From positions 1-63,179 of the forward strand of contig CAMDDQ010000003.1 in NCBI GenBank assembly GCA_945892765.1: DNA of 63,179 nucleotides, read 5' to 3'. Each line of letters begins with the position of its first letter. Position 1 is the first letter of the stretch. The position numbers and the translations under genes were made by a program. The notes beneath the pieces were generated by a model. The model was not told the DNA's origin and searched no databases. It saw only the letters and a program-made list of their open reading frames with translations. Shown piece by piece: positions 17,883 through 28,465 of the stretch. This stretch comes from Asaia bogorensis. GTDB taxonomy: Bacteria; Pseudomonadota; Alphaproteobacteria; CACIAM-22H2.

Positions 17883-20266
17883 CCAGGGTGGCGACGTCCC
17901 GCTGGCTTCGGCGCGGCGCCCTGCTCGTGGTCGCGCTCGTCGCATTGGGTCTGAGTGGGGCTTATCTGTGGCTCCGCACGTCACTGCCGCAGGTTGACGG
18001 GACGATCCGCCTCGCCGGAATTTCCGCCCCGATCGAGATCGTGCGCGACGGGCACGCGATTCCCCATATTTTCGCTCAAACCCCGAACGACGGTTATTTC
18101 GGCCTGGGTTTTGTCCACGCTCAGGACCGTCTCGTTCAAATGGAATTGATGCGACGCCTCGGTGCGGGTCGACTGGCCGAAGTGGTGGGAGCGGCCGGCC
18201 TCGGCAGCGACCGTTTCATGCGCGTACTCGGCCTTTATCGCCTTGCGGAGGAAGGACTGCCGAACCTCTCCGCCGAGACCCGTGGAGCTTTTGACGCTTA
18301 TGCCGCCGGCGTCAACGCCTTCATCGCGGGCAATGCCGGAGCTTGGCCACTCGAATTCTACCTGCTCGGCATACATCCCGAGCCCTGGAAGGCCGCGGAT
18401 TCTTCGGTTTGGGGAAAGCTGATGGCCATGCAGCTTTCCGGAAATTGGGGAAGCGAACTGTTCCGCTCGCGCGTCCTGCGCCGGCTCACGCCGTCACAAT
18501 TCACCAGCCTGTGGCCACCCTATCCGCCGACAGCTCCGGTCACGCTCGCGGCCCTCGCCAGCGTGCCGCTCGAACGCCTGGCCGCGGCCACACCCGAAGC
18601 GCTTATTCATCAATCGGCCTCGAATGCCTGGGTCCTTGCTGGAGATCGCACCGCGAGCGGCAAGCCAATTCTCGCAAATGACCCGCATCTGAGCTATTCC
18701 GCGCCGAACCTCTGGTATCTCGCACGCATCGAGACGCCGTCATGGCGGATCGCGGGCGCCACCGTGCCCGGCGTTCCCTTCCACGTCCTCGGACACAACG
18801 GCAAGATCGCCTGGGGCATGACGACAACGGAAAGCGACACACAGGATTTGTTCGTCGAGCGCATGGCCCCTGGAGATTCGGACGGCTACGCGACGCCAAC
18901 CGGCCGGGCCGAGTTTCGTCAGCGGCAGGAGATCATCCGCGTGCGCGGCGGCGAAGACGTGGCCCTTACGATCCGGGAGAGCCGGCATGGACCTATCCTC
19001 TCGGATGTCCTGCCCAACGCCGAGCCGATTCCGGCCGAAGACGGGTCGCGTTATGTCCTGGCCCTGGCCGCCACCGCTCTAGTCGCCGACGACCCCACGC
19101 CTGACGCGATATTTCGAATCAACCACGCCAACGACGCGGCTGCAGTGGAGGCGGCCCTGGAACTTTTCCACGCCCCGCAACAGAACGTCATGTATGCCGA
19201 CCTCACCGGCACCATTGGCTTCCTAGCGGCCGGCCGCGTACCGATCCGCGCCGGCGCGGATTCATCCCTGCCGCTCGCCGGGTGGTCGGATGCGCATGAT
19301 TGGACCGGCTTTGTTCCGTTCGACCGATTGCCCCGTCTTCGCAACCCGCCCGGCGGGGTTCTGGCAAACGCGAATAACAAGGTTGTCGGCGACCTCTATC
19401 CGTTCTTTCTCACCCGCGATTGGCCACCCGCCTACCGTGCCCGGCGCCTGGAGGAGCTTCTCGCGGAGACACGCAAGCACACGATGGAAACTACCGCGGC
19501 GATACAGGTCGATTCGGTTTCTTTGGCGGCCCGCGACCTGGTCCCGTTGATGGTCGGCATCGTTCCGACGAACCCGAAAGCCGTCGCCACGCTCGCAAGC
19601 CTCGCCGCCTGGGATAGAACGATGGCGCATGATCGCGCCGAGCCTCTGATCTTCAGCTTTTGGCTGCGTGACCTCGTGCGAGCGCTTTTCGCCGACGAAC
19701 TTGGACCGCTCTTCGGCGACTTCTGGGACTTGCGCGCACCCTTGGTCGAGCGCGTCTTGCGCGACGATCAGCAATGGTGCGACGACATTGCCACGCCTGA
19801 AGCGGAAACCTGCGACCAGCAGCTTCGGACGTCGTTTGATTCCGCGATGGCCGAGCTTGAACGTCGATATGGCGCGGATTGGACACGCTGGCGGTGGGGC
19901 GACTCCCATGAGGCTCGTTTCGACAACCGCATCGTGAGCCAAATTCCGGTCCTGGGACGCTTGGCCAATATCGCCCTGCCGATTGACGGCGACGATTTCA
20001 CGTTGCTTCGTGGTCGTTCGCGAATTGGCAGCGATATCAATCCCTTCGCCGCTGCCCATGGTCCGGGCTATCGCGCGGTCTACGACCTGTCCGACCTCAC
20101 CTCTTCGCAATTCGTTCAGGCTGTCGGTCAATCGGGAAATCCGCTCTCTTCCTTTTACAGCGATCTGTCCCCACTTTGGCTGAGTGGCGGCTATGTGACG
20201 CTTGCCGGCACACGCGAAGACGTGGCGCGCCGAGGCATCGGAATTCTTCGATTGGCCCCGAATTGA
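17879..20266 (+). CDS. penicillin acylase family Ntn-hydrolase (acyl-homoserine-lactone/penicillin acylase-like)
   Basis: Signal/TM helix, DRLVQME, nucleophile context SNAWVLAG..ILANDPHL, about 795 aa. ATG 17879 overlaps the aldehyde dehydrogenase TGA (ATGA). Confidence 0.85.
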   Translation: MTRVATSRWLRRGALLVVALVALGLSGAYLWLRTSLPQVDGTIRLAGISAPIEIVRDGHAIPHIFAQTPNDGYFGLGFVHAQDRLVQMELMRRLGAGRLAEVVGAAGLGSDRFMRVLGLYRLAEEGLPNLSAETRGAFDAYAAGVNAFIAGNAGAWPLEFYLLGIHPEPWKAADSSVWGKLMAMQLSGNWGSELFRSRVLRRLTPSQFTSLWPPYPPTAPVTLAALASVPLERLAAATPEALIHQSASNAWVLAGDRTASGKPILANDPHLSYSAPNLWYLARIETPSWRIAGATVPGVPFHVLGHNGKIAWGMTTTESDTQDLFVERMAPGDSDGYATPTGRAEFRQRQEIIRVRGGEDVALTIRESRHGPILSDVLPNAEPIPAEDGSRYVLALAATALVADDPTPDAIFRINHANDAAAVEAALELFHAPQQNVMYADLTGTIGFLAAGRVPIRAGADSSLPLAGWSDAHDWTGFVPFDRLPRLRNPPGGVLANANNKVVGDLYPFFLTRDWPPAYRARRLEELLAETRKHTMETTAAIQVDSVSLAARDLVPLMVGIVPTNPKAVATLASLAAWDRTMAHDRAEPLIFSFWLRDLVRALFADELGPLFGDFWDLRAPLVERVLRDDQQWCDDIATPEAETCDQQLRTSFDSAMAELERRYGADWTRWRWGDSHEARFDNRIVSQIPVLGRLANIALPIDGDDFTLLRGRSRIGSDINPFAAAHGPGYRAVYDLSDLTSSQFVQAVGQSGNPLSSFYSDLSPLWLSGGYVTLAGTREDVARRGIGILRLAPN

Positions 20267-20390
20267 GAAGGCACCGATGCCAGCCCGCCGCGAAGAGGTT
20301 GAAACAATAACGATCATGCGCTAAACTAAATCTTAACCAAAGTTGAGGCAGTTTCTTGTTGCATCAACCGGTTTGAGCCGATTCTTCGCA

Positions 20391-20885
20391 ATGCTGTTCA
20401 TCGTCGCTGCCATTGTTGTAATGGTCAGCGTCCTCGGTGGCTATATGGCCAACGGTGGGCATCTCGCCGTTTTGTGGCAACCCTTCGAGTTCGTGATCAT
20501 CGGAGGCGCCGCCGCCGGTGCCTTTCTGATCGCCAATCCGCAGGGCTACAGCAATTGGGAGCTTTCAACCGACCGCGCCAATTCGAGCCGGCGGGCGCTT
20601 GTCGAAGCCGGCGTTCCCACGAGCAAATTCGAACGCGTCGTCGGCAAGGCAGAACGTGATCCCCTGATTGCCCAAAACGCCTTCGATCCGCGGAATCGCC
20701 GAACCAGCATTCTTATTCTGCGTGAAGCTGGCGAGCCGCCGCCGGAAGGACAATTTCCCGGCGCGCCGAGCGGCGCCACGCGCACGGGCGAGGGACCGGC
20801 GCCGGCACCCACCCGGTCGACGACGACAACCCCATCCGCCGTGCCGGTGACGGTAACGCCACTGCCAACTCAGCCGCGGCGCTAG
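20391..20885 (+). pseudogene. motA'-'motB in-frame deletion remnant (MotA N-terminal ~50 aa fused to MotB C-terminal OmpA-like tail)
   Basis: MLFIVAAIVVMVSVLGGYMANGGHLAVLWQPFEFVIIGGAAAGAFLIANPQ matches MotA TM1 and its following segment. It is followed directly by GYSNWELSTDRANSSRRALVEAGV..NRRTSILIL, the MotB C-terminal peptidoglycan-binding motif. Confidence 0.75.
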
Positions 20886-20934
20886 GGTGTGACCGCAACC
20901 GCCCAGACGGCATTGGGTCTTCGGGCGAGAGTCC

Positions 20935-21699
20935 ATGGGTGGACGTATGCGTGACGACATACACATCCAGCCGCGCTTCTACTATTCCGCACCGGCCCCC
21001 TGCCCCTATTTGCAGACCCGAACCGAGCGGCGCATCTTCACGGAATTGACCGGCGCCGGTGCCGGCGCTCGATACGATCATCTGACTCAGGCCGGATTTC
21101 GCCGTAGCCAGGATTTTGCCTACCGGCCTGCCTGTCCAGGCTGCCGGGCCTGCGTGCCGGTGCGTGTCGTCGTGAAGGGTTTTGCCACGGCCACGACCGG
21201 TCGCGGCGGAAGGTCATGGCGGCGAATAATGGCGATGAACTCGGATTTGAAGGTGTCGTCGCGGCAGGCCAAGACGACGGAGGAACAATATCGGCTGTTT
21301 TCGATCTATCAAAACACGCGCCACGGCGGCGAAATGGCCGAAATGGATTTCGCCGCCTTCGCATCGATGATCGAGACTAGCCCGGTCGACACCCAGATCG
21401 TTGAATTCCGCGATGGCGCGGGCGATCTTGTCGCGGGCTGCTTGATCGACCGCCTGGGTGATGGGCTATCGGCCGTCTATAGCTTTTTCGATCCGACACA
21501 GGATCGGCGTGGATTGGGCAATTTCATGATCTTGTGGCTGATCAATCGCTGCCGCGGCCTTCATTTGCCGTTCGTGTATCTGGGCTATTGGATCGCCGGC
21601 AGCTCGAAGATGTCCTACAAGGCCCGGTTCCAGCCCCTTGAAGCGCTTGGTCCAGAAGGTTGGCGCAGCCTAGCGCCAGCCCCCGTGCAAGCCGGCTGA
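20935..21699 (+). CDS. bpt: arginyltransferase (Bpt, aspartate/glutamate leucyl/arginyl-tRNA protein transferase)
   Basis: N-terminal PRFYYSAPAPCPYL..ERRIF, CPGCRACVP and SAVYSFFDP motifs of the ATE/Bpt family. Confidence 0.85.
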   Translation: MGGRMRDDIHIQPRFYYSAPAPCPYLQTRTERRIFTELTGAGAGARYDHLTQAGFRRSQDFAYRPACPGCRACVPVRVVVKGFATATTGRGGRSWRRIMAMNSDLKVSSRQAKTTEEQYRLFSIYQNTRHGGEMAEMDFAAFASMIETSPVDTQIVEFRDGAGDLVAGCLIDRLGDGLSAVYSFFDPTQDRRGLGNFMILWLINRCRGLHLPFVYLGYWIAGSSKMSYKARFQPLEALGPEGWRSLAPAPVQAG

Positions 21700-21712
21700 A
21701 CGCGATCGTCGA

Positions 21713-22309
21713 TCACAATCGGCGACGTTCGATGCCCCACCACCCAGCCTGCACCGCCGCGACCGCCAAGGCGATCTTCAACACATCGCCGAGCAAGAAT
21801 GGCTCCACGCCAAGCTGATAGGCCCGCGCCAAACCGACATAGCTGCCGAGCCATGCGACACCCACGGCAAAAACTAGGACATCGGCAACGATCATGGCGG
21901 CGCCGATCTTGAGCCAGTTGCGGGCCCATCCCCTTTCGGCCAACCACCCCACGACCATCGCGGCGAAGAGGAACCCAACAAGAAATCCTCCCGTTGGGCC
22001 CGTCATGTAGGCAAGCCCAATGCCGCGCTCCGGCGTTCCCGAGAAAACGGGCAGCCCTGCCGCACCCTCCAGCAAATAGAGGACCACCGTAGCCCCGGCC
22101 AGGCGCCAGCCATAAGCTGCGCCGATCAGAAGCACGACAAGGGTCTGCATGGTCATCGGCACGGGCCAAAACGGCACCTGAACCCTTGCCGAAAGATACA
22201 GAAGCGCATTGCCAATTAACGCCAGCGCAATTAAGCGAACGACCTTGCCGCTCGCGGCGGGCCACACGGCGTCGATGAGAACGGATGGCGAGGATTCGGA
22301 ACGTGCCAT
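21713..22309 (-). CDS. bioY: biotin transporter BioY
   Basis: 198-aa polytopic membrane protein with the PVPMTMQTLVVLL and GPTGGFLVGF motifs of BioY. Confidence 0.85.
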   Translation of the reverse strand: MARSESSPSVLIDAVWPAASGKVVRLIALALIGNALLYLSARVQVPFWPVPMTMQTLVVLLIGAAYGWRLAGATVVLYLLEGAAGLPVFSGTPERGIGLAYMTGPTGGFLVGFLFAAMVVGWLAERGWARNWLKIGAAMIVADVLVFAVGVAWLGSYVGLARAYQLGVEPFLLGDVLKIALAVAAVQAGWWGIERRRL

Positions 22310-22355
22310 GGGTGACTCCTTTCATGCCCGGGACGACTTGGCCCCGGGGCCAATA

Positions 22356-24581
22356 TTAGCCGAATTTATTCGCCCGCGGGAAGCCTTGCGGCGGTAGGCG
22401 TCCAGCCTGGGAGCGCGCACCGATCCAAGGCTCAATCGCGGTCTCGAGACGCACCCGGTCGCCCATCTTCCAGGACAAGCCTTCGGCGAGCGCGAAGACC
22501 TTGAGATCGGCAAGACCACCTTCGCGGTATTTCTGCAAGATCACGCCCCGTCCGCGGGACATTTCCGGAAGCTCCTCACGTTTGAAGACCAAGAGCTTGC
22601 GGTTGTCGCCCAGGACAGCGACGGCATCACCATCGGCGGGAACACAGATTTTCGCCTCGACGTCGCCCGCGACATTGAGGACTTGCTTACCGGCGCGGGT
22701 CTGCGCGATGACCTCGTCCTCGGCCACGATGAAACCGCGTCCATCGGCGGCGGCGACCACCAATTTCCGGCCAGGTTTGTGCACGAACAACGCAACGAGG
22801 TCATGGTCATTGGCGAGATCGATCATCAGCCTGAGGGGCTCGCCATCGCCGCGCCCACGTGGCAGCCGATCGGCGGCAATCGTATAAAATCGGCCGTTCG
22901 TGGCAAATACGATCAGCCTGTCCGTGCTGTCCGCGGGCAAGATGAACTTAGCCGAATCGCCTTCCTTGTATTTTAGCTCACCCGCATCGGCGAGGCGGCC
23001 GCGCATGGCGCGGATCCAACCCTTTGTCGAGCAGATGACGGTAATGGGCTCCCGCTCGATCAACGCCTCGATGGGCACGACGATCGGCGCCGGCGCGTCC
23101 CCAATTTCAGTGCGCCGGCGACCGAGTGAAGTTGCCTGCCCGAAGCGTTTCTTGATGTCGGCGATCTCGGCCGCGATGGCCTTCCAGCGCCGATCCTCGT
23201 CCCTTAGGAGTTGCGTTAACTCCTTCATCTCGGCGCCGAGGGCGTCATGTTCCTTGCGGATCGCGACTTCCTCCAGGCGGCGTAGCGCGCGCAGGCGAAG
23301 GTTGAGGATGGCCTCGGCCTGCGCGTCCGTCAGCTCGAAACGTTTGATCAAAGCCGGCTTTGGTTCTTCGGCCTCGCGGATGATCCGAATGACTTCGTCG
23401 AGATTCACATATGCGATGAGATAGCCGGCCAATACTTCGATCCGGCGTTCGATTTCGGCAAGCCGATGCCGCGTGCGACGCAGCAGCACGTCATGGCGGT
23501 GATCGAGGAAAGCCTGCAGGGCGTCCCGCAAATTCATCACGCCCGGCGTATTGGTCCGGTCCAGCACGTTGAGATTGAGCGGAATGCGGACTTCCATCTC
23601 GGTATGCCGGAACAGAGATTCCATCAACACGGCGGGATCGACATTGCGGCTCTTGGGCTCCAACACCAGCCGCACGTCTTCGGTTGATTCGTCGAGGACA
23701 TCGGCGAGCAGCGCCAATTTCTTCTCGGTGAGCAGCTCGGCGATTTTCTCGATCAGGCGTGATTTCTGAACCTGGTAGGGTATTTCCGTTACGATGATTC
23801 GGTATTGCCCAAGCCCGGTTTTCTCCGCCTCCCACCGCGCCCGCAAACGAAAGCTGCCACGCCCTGAGCTATAGGCGGCGACGACCGAGTCGCGCCCCTC
23901 GACGAGGACGCCGCCGGTGGGAAAGTCCGGGCCGGGCATGAATTCGACAAGCTTGGCGATAGTTGCCTTCGGAAACTTGATGAGGTGAACGAGCGCGTCG
24001 CAGATCTCGCCCGCGTTGTGCGGCGGAATGCTCGTCGCCATGCCGACCGCAATGCCCGCCGAGCCATTGGCGAGAAGGTTGGGGAACCGCGCCGGCAGCA
24101 CCAGCGGCTCCTCGCCTTCGCCATCATAGGTCGCCCGAAAATCGACGGTATCCTGGTCGATGTCCTCAAGCAGGGCGGCGGCGACCTCGGTCAGGCGAGC
24201 CTCGGTGTAGCGCATGGCGGCGGCGTTATCACCGTCGATATTCCCGAAATTGCCTTGGCCGTCGACCAACGGATAACGCTGGGCAAAGGACTGCGCCAGG
24301 CGGACAAGCGCGTCATAAACCGCGACATCGCCATGCGGGTGATATTTGCCGATGACATCGCCAACCACCCGCGCGCATTTCTTGAAACCGGTGGCCGGGT
24401 CGAGACGGAGTTGAAGCATGGCGTAGAGCAAACGCCGATGCACGGGCTTGAGACCGTCGCGAACATCAGGCAACGACCGCGCCATGATCGTCGACAAGGC
24501 ATAGGAGAGATAACGCTCGCCCAGGGCCTCGGCGAACGGTTTCTCGCGGATGTCTCCCGAGGGTTGGCTAGCGGCACTCAT
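22356..24581 (-). CDS. parC: DNA topoisomerase IV subunit A
   Basis: GyrA/ParC N-terminus: [22 protein letters not shown], active-site [10 protein letters not shown]. 741 aa with no GyrA box, consistent with ParC. Confidence 0.9.
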   Translation of the reverse strand: MSAASQPSGDIREKPFAEALGERYLSYALSTIMARSLPDVRDGLKPVHRRLLYAMLQLRLDPATGFKKCARVVGDVIGKYHPHGDVAVYDALVRLAQSFAQRYPLVDGQGNFGNIDGDNAAAMRYTEARLTEVAAALLEDIDQDTVDFRATYDGEGEEPLVLPARFPNLLANGSAGIAVGMATSIPPHNAGEICDALVHLIKFPKATIAKLVEFMPGPDFPTGGVLVEGRDSVVAAYSSGRGSFRLRARWEAEKTGLGQYRIIVTEIPYQVQKSRLIEKIAELLTEKKLALLADVLDESTEDVRLVLEPKSRNVDPAVLMESLFRHTEMEVRIPLNLNVLDRTNTPGVMNLRDALQAFLDHRHDVLLRRTRHRLAEIERRIEVLAGYLIAYVNLDEVIRIIREAEEPKPALIKRFELTDAQAEAILNLRLRALRRLEEVAIRKEHDALGAEMKELTQLLRDEDRRWKAIAAEIADIKKRFGQATSLGRRRTEIGDAPAPIVVPIEALIEREPITVICSTKGWIRAMRGRLADAGELKYKEGDSAKFILPADSTDRLIVFATNGRFYTIAADRLPRGRGDGEPLRLMIDLANDHDLVALFVHKPGRKLVVAAADGRGFIVAEDEVIAQTRAGKQVLNVAGDVEAKICVPADGDAVAVLGDNRKLLVFKREELPEMSRGRGVILQKYREGGLADLKVFALAEGLSWKMGDRVRLETAIEPWIGARSQAGRLPPQGFPRANKFG

Positions 24582-25354
24582 TTGCTAGATATAGTAGCCG
24601 AAGGCGCACTTCCCACCAAGCGTTGATAGTGCGAAACCATTCGCCCACGCGCCGCCGGCAGCGGCTTGTTCAGCCCGCCAAAGACGTGCCGATCGAGAAA
24701 GAACCCGGTCATCATCAGCCCCCGCGCAACCTGATCGATATCGGCCGGCAGCGATCCGTCCGCGAGAAACGGGGGCAGCGACAACAGCCGGTCGCGATAC
24801 GCCTCCCCGGCCGCCAGCGAAACCGCGCGTCCGCTGCGCGGCGAGACATAGGCTAAGCCGTCCTCGGAGCCGGTCGCTGCGCAAACCGAAAGATCGAGGC
24901 CGAACCCCAAATCCCTGAGAAGATCGAGTTCCCAACGCACATACAGCGCGGACCAAACCGCTACGTGGCCACCGGCCTTGTCGTCGGTCAACGCGCCGAG
25001 CAGATGAAGCATCGAGCTAAAAATCGCGGCGTGAGGTTCGCGTTCCGGCAATGCGCCGTCGGCCACCGCGCACGCCGATGACAGCACGGCGAGCCGTAGC
25101 GGGTCGTCCAAAACCGCGGCCGAATACGCACGATCAAGCTCCACTGTGTAGGTGCCGAGGTGGTCGGCCAGCCGCGCCCGCCACTCCGCATCCAACAAGT
25201 TTCCGGGTTCCATCAGACTGCGTTTGCTTCGGCCCGCACCACCCCTGACCAGGCCCATGTGCCGGCCATGATTCCGGGTCAGCAGCGAAACGATCGCGGC
25301 GCTTTCGCCATGTTTGCGGGCACGCAGCACGATGCCTTCATCGGACCAATCCAT
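24578..25354 (-). CDS. recO: DNA repair protein RecO
   Basis: [24 protein letters not shown]-fold N-terminus. Position downstream of era. Overlaps the parC start by 4 nt. Confidence 0.85.
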   Translation of the reverse strand: MDWSDEGIVLRARKHGESAAIVSLLTRNHGRHMGLVRGGAGRSKRSLMEPGNLLDAEWRARLADHLGTYTVELDRAYSAAVLDDPLRLAVLSSACAVADGALPEREPHAAIFSSMLHLLGALTDDKAGGHVAVWSALYVRWELDLLRDLGFGLDLSVCAATGSEDGLAYVSPRSGRAVSLAAGEAYRDRLLSLPPFLADGSLPADIDQVARGLMMTGFFLDRHVFGGLNKPLPAARGRMVSHYQRLVGSAPSATISSK

Positions 25355-25513
25355 GGGCCTGCTCTATCCGAATTCGGCGGCAACCGAAAGACGCGCGGTT
25401 CGGCCTAACACCGATCTTGTAAGTTCATGTGTCGCCCGCCGCGACTCACCGGCCGCAAAATCGGTACTAAATCCGAAACGCGCCCGCGCAGGCGCCGTGA
25501 ACGCGCAGGCGTA

Positions 25514-26434
25514 CTAGGCCTCGAATTCGAGCCCCCAATCGCGATAATAACTCCGCTCCTCCGACCAATTGTCGCGATGTTTGACGTGGAGGAATAGATG
25601 CACGCGGCGTCCCAAGATGCTCTCTAGCTCTTTGCGCGCGGCGGCACCGATCTTTTTCACCTGCGAGCCGCCCTTGCCCAGGACGATGGCTTTCTGGCCT
25701 TCGCGCTGGACGTAGATCACCTGATCGACCCTGGCGCTGCCGTCGTCGAATTCCTTCCAGGATTCGGTCTCCACCGAAATCGCATAGGGCAGTTCCTGGC
25801 GCAGCTGATTGAAGACCTGCTCGCGGGTGATTTCGGCCGCCAGCAACCGCTCGGGCATGTCGGAAAGCTGATCGTCCGGATACAGCCACGGCCCACGCGG
25901 CATGTGTTCGACCAAGAACCGCTTGAGATCGGCGACTCCATCGCCGGTGATCGCCGAGATCATGAAGGTATCGGTGATGATTCCGCTTCCGACGATCTGT
26001 TCGGTCAATTGCAGCAAAACTGGCGGCTTGACGAGATCGATCTTGTTGAGCGCCAGCACCACTCGGCGATGGATGCCCTTCATTCCCTCCAGAATTCGGG
26101 CGGCATCGTCGTCCAAACCCTTGGCCGCGTCGACGACGAGAAGCACGACATCGGCATCGGTGGCGCCGCGCCACGCGGCATCGACCATGGCTCGTTCCAG
26201 GCGGCGCTTTGGTGATCTGAAAATCCCCGGCGTGTCGATGAAGACGAGTTGCGCCGCGCCGGCGACCGCGATTCCGGTAACCCGTGTGCGAGTTGTCTGG
26301 ACCCTCGGTGAAACGATGCTGACCTTGACGCCGACGAGCCGGTTGACCAGCGTCGATTTCCCTGCATTAGGCGCGCCGACGACGGCGACCAGGCCGCAGC
26401 ACCGCGTAGGGGATTCAGCCGGCTGGTCAATCAT
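25514..26434 (-). CDS. era: GTPase Era
   Basis: G1 GAPNAGKSTL, DTPG, NKID, and a KH domain (GKGGSQVKKIG). ATG at 26434 is preferred over the upstream TTG at 26455. Confidence 0.9.
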   Translation of the reverse strand: MIDQPAESPTRCCGLVAVVGAPNAGKSTLVNRLVGVKVSIVSPRVQTTRTRVTGIAVAGAAQLVFIDTPGIFRSPKRRLERAMVDAAWRGATDADVVLLVVDAAKGLDDDAARILEGMKGIHRRVVLALNKIDLVKPPVLLQLTEQIVGSGIITDTFMISAITGDGVADLKRFLVEHMPRGPWLYPDDQLSDMPERLLAAEITREQVFNQLRQELPYAISVETESWKEFDDGSARVDQVIYVQREGQKAIVLGKGGSQVKKIGAAARKELESILGRRVHLFLHVKHRDNWSEERSYYRDWGLEFEA

Positions 26435-27176
26435 CCGGCGACCGCTCCCCCTCAAGGTGGTTGAGGAGTTTCTCCGCGGCCGCCCGTTCCGCTACCCGTT
26501 TGGAGCTTCCACTGGCGATGGCTTCTTCTTCGCCCTCCACTGTCACGGCAACCGTGAAGACCGGGCGATGCGGCGGACCGTCGGCGGCTACGGTCCGATA
26601 GGTCGGCAGCGGGCGGCCACGCGCCTGCGCCCATTCCTGGAGGGCCGTCTTTGGATCGCGCGGGGGGCCATCTGCTGAATCGACCAGAGGCATCCATTCC
26701 CGCTCGATAAATCGCGTCGCGACCGTCAAGCCGCCATCCTGATAGAGGGCGGCGATCACGGCTTCCAGGGCATCGGCAAGGACTCCGGGATTGTCGCGGC
26801 CGCCGGAGTCATCCTCGCCGCGAGACAGGCGCAAATGCCGTCCGAGCTCGATCCGACGGGCGACCGTCGCCAAGGCTTCTCGACTGACCAAGGCGGCGAG
26901 GCGGCGAGCGAGTTCACCTTCACGTTCCTGGGTGAACCGGCGGACCAACAAATCGGCGACGACGAGGGCAAGAACGCGATCGCCCAAAAACTCCATGCGC
27001 TCGAATTCGTGGGCCTGTGCCGCGCTGCCGCGTTCCCCGAGGCTGGCATGGGTCAGGGCCTTGTCGAGCAGTTGCGGTCGCGCGAAATCATGGCCGAGGA
27101 TGGATGTTAGTGGTGCCGGGGTCGGGGCCACGGACTCCCGAACGGATTCCGGCGGTTGGGAGGAAACCCGGCTCAC
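26427..27176 (-). CDS. rnc: ribonuclease III
   Basis: RNase III signature ERMEFLGDRVL plus a C-terminal dsRBD. GTG at 27176 forms a GTGA overlap with the lepB stop. The ORF is open to 27236, so the start is uncertain. Confidence 0.85.
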   Translation of the reverse strand: MSRVSSQPPESVRESVAPTPAPLTSILGHDFARPQLLDKALTHASLGERGSAAQAHEFERMEFLGDRVLALVVADLLVRRFTQEREGELARRLAALVSREALATVARRIELGRHLRLSRGEDDSGGRDNPGVLADALEAVIAALYQDGGLTVATRFIEREWMPLVDSADGPPRDPKTALQEWAQARGRPLPTYRTVAADGPPHRPVFTVAVTVEGEEEAIASGSSKRVAERAAAEKLLNHLEGERSPDD

Positions 27177-27919
27177 TCGATGGATCGCAGCAACCGGCTG
27201 AATCGGATGCCATCGAACCACCGCCACACTTCCCATAATTGGGCATTACCGTTGACGGACAAAAACAGGACCTCGGCCCGGCCCACCAAGTTCTCCGCGG
27301 GCACGAATCCCACCCCAACCGCGGTCGGCATGCGGCTGTCGAGCGAGTTGTCGCGATTGTCGCCCATGGCGAAATAATGCCCTTCGGGCACGGTATAGAC
27401 CATCGTGTTGTCCAGACTGCCGAAGTCGCTCAATTCGACGATGCGGTGCGTGCGGCCGTTCGGCAGCGTTTCGATATATTGAGGAATTCGGGTCTCGTTG
27501 CCGAACCGATCACGCTCCACATAATCCTCGATGCGCTCACGCTTGACCATCTCACCATTGATGTAGAGGCTGCCCTCTCTTACCTGAATGGTGTCACCGG
27601 GAAGTCCCACGATTCGCTTGATGTAATCCGTCTTGTGGTCGCGCGGCAGCTTGAATACCACGACGTCGCCGCGATCCGGTTCGTGAAACATGACCCGTCC
27701 GGCGAAAGCGGGTTGGCTCAGGGGCAGTGAATGCCGGCTATAGCCGTAGGAAAATTTCGCCACAAATAGATAATCGCCAACCAAGAGCGTCGGGATCATC
27801 GACCCCGACGGGATATTGAAGGGCTCGAAGGCGATCGTACGAATGCCAAGTGCGATGATGATCGCGTAGACCAGGGTCTTCACGGTCTCGAACAGGCTCG
27901 ATTTCTTATGCGCGGCCAT
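27173..27919 (-). CDS. lepB: signal peptidase I
   Basis: SGSMIPTL catalytic Ser box, KRIVGLPGD, GDNRDNSLDSR boxes. Confidence 0.95.
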   Translation of the reverse strand: MAAHKKSSLFETVKTLVYAIIIALGIRTIAFEPFNIPSGSMIPTLLVGDYLFVAKFSYGYSRHSLPLSQPAFAGRVMFHEPDRGDVVVFKLPRDHKTDYIKRIVGLPGDTIQVREGSLYINGEMVKRERIEDYVERDRFGNETRIPQYIETLPNGRTHRIVELSDFGSLDNTMVYTVPEGHYFAMGDNRDNSLDSRMPTAVGVGFVPAENLVGRAEVLFLSVNGNAQLWEVWRWFDGIRFSRLLRSIE

Positions 27920-28026
27920 GGTTTCGCGTTGCCCTCATCGGCAGAAAAAATACAGGAAGCTTCAATTAATGGCCGGCCTTGCTCGAAGCAAGATCGTTCG
28001 CCGCGAGCGATTCATGAATTGTGGCG

Positions 28027-28458
28027 TCATTCTGCGGTCGCGGACTCCACGCTCTTGGGCACCGCCGAGATGATCACGATAGCCTGCGCAATCGGATGGT
28101 CGTCGGTCAGGCTGACATCGATTCGCGCTTCCATGCCCGCCGGAGTTATCTCCGACAGACGGCGCCGGGCGCCCCCGGCCAAGGTGATCGTCGGTTGCCC
28201 GCCGGGTCGATTGACGACTCCCATGTCGCGCCAGAAAACGCCCCGGCGAAGGCCGGTGCCGAGCGCCTTGGCGCAGGCCTCCTTAGCCGCGAACCGGCGG
28301 GCATAACTTGCCCCCCGATCGACGCGCCCCTCGGCGCGGCGCCGCTCGGCGTCGGTGAAGACGCGCATCGTGAACCGTTCCCCGAACCGCGCCAGAGTCT
28401 GTTCAACGCGGCGTATGTCCACGATGTCGCTGCCGATGCCGAGAATCATCGCTGCCAA
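28027..28458 (-). CDS. acpS: holo-[acyl-carrier-protein] synthase
   Basis: [15 protein letters not shown] start motif and [12 protein letters not shown]. About 140 aa. Confidence 0.9.
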   Translation of the reverse strand: MAAMILGIGSDIVDIRRVEQTLARFGERFTMRVFTDAERRRAEGRVDRGASYARRFAAKEACAKALGTGLRRGVFWRDMGVVNRPGGQPTITLAGGARRRLSEITPAGMEARIDVSLTDDHPIAQAIVIISAVPKSVESATAE

Positions 28459-28465
28459 ACCGCCG

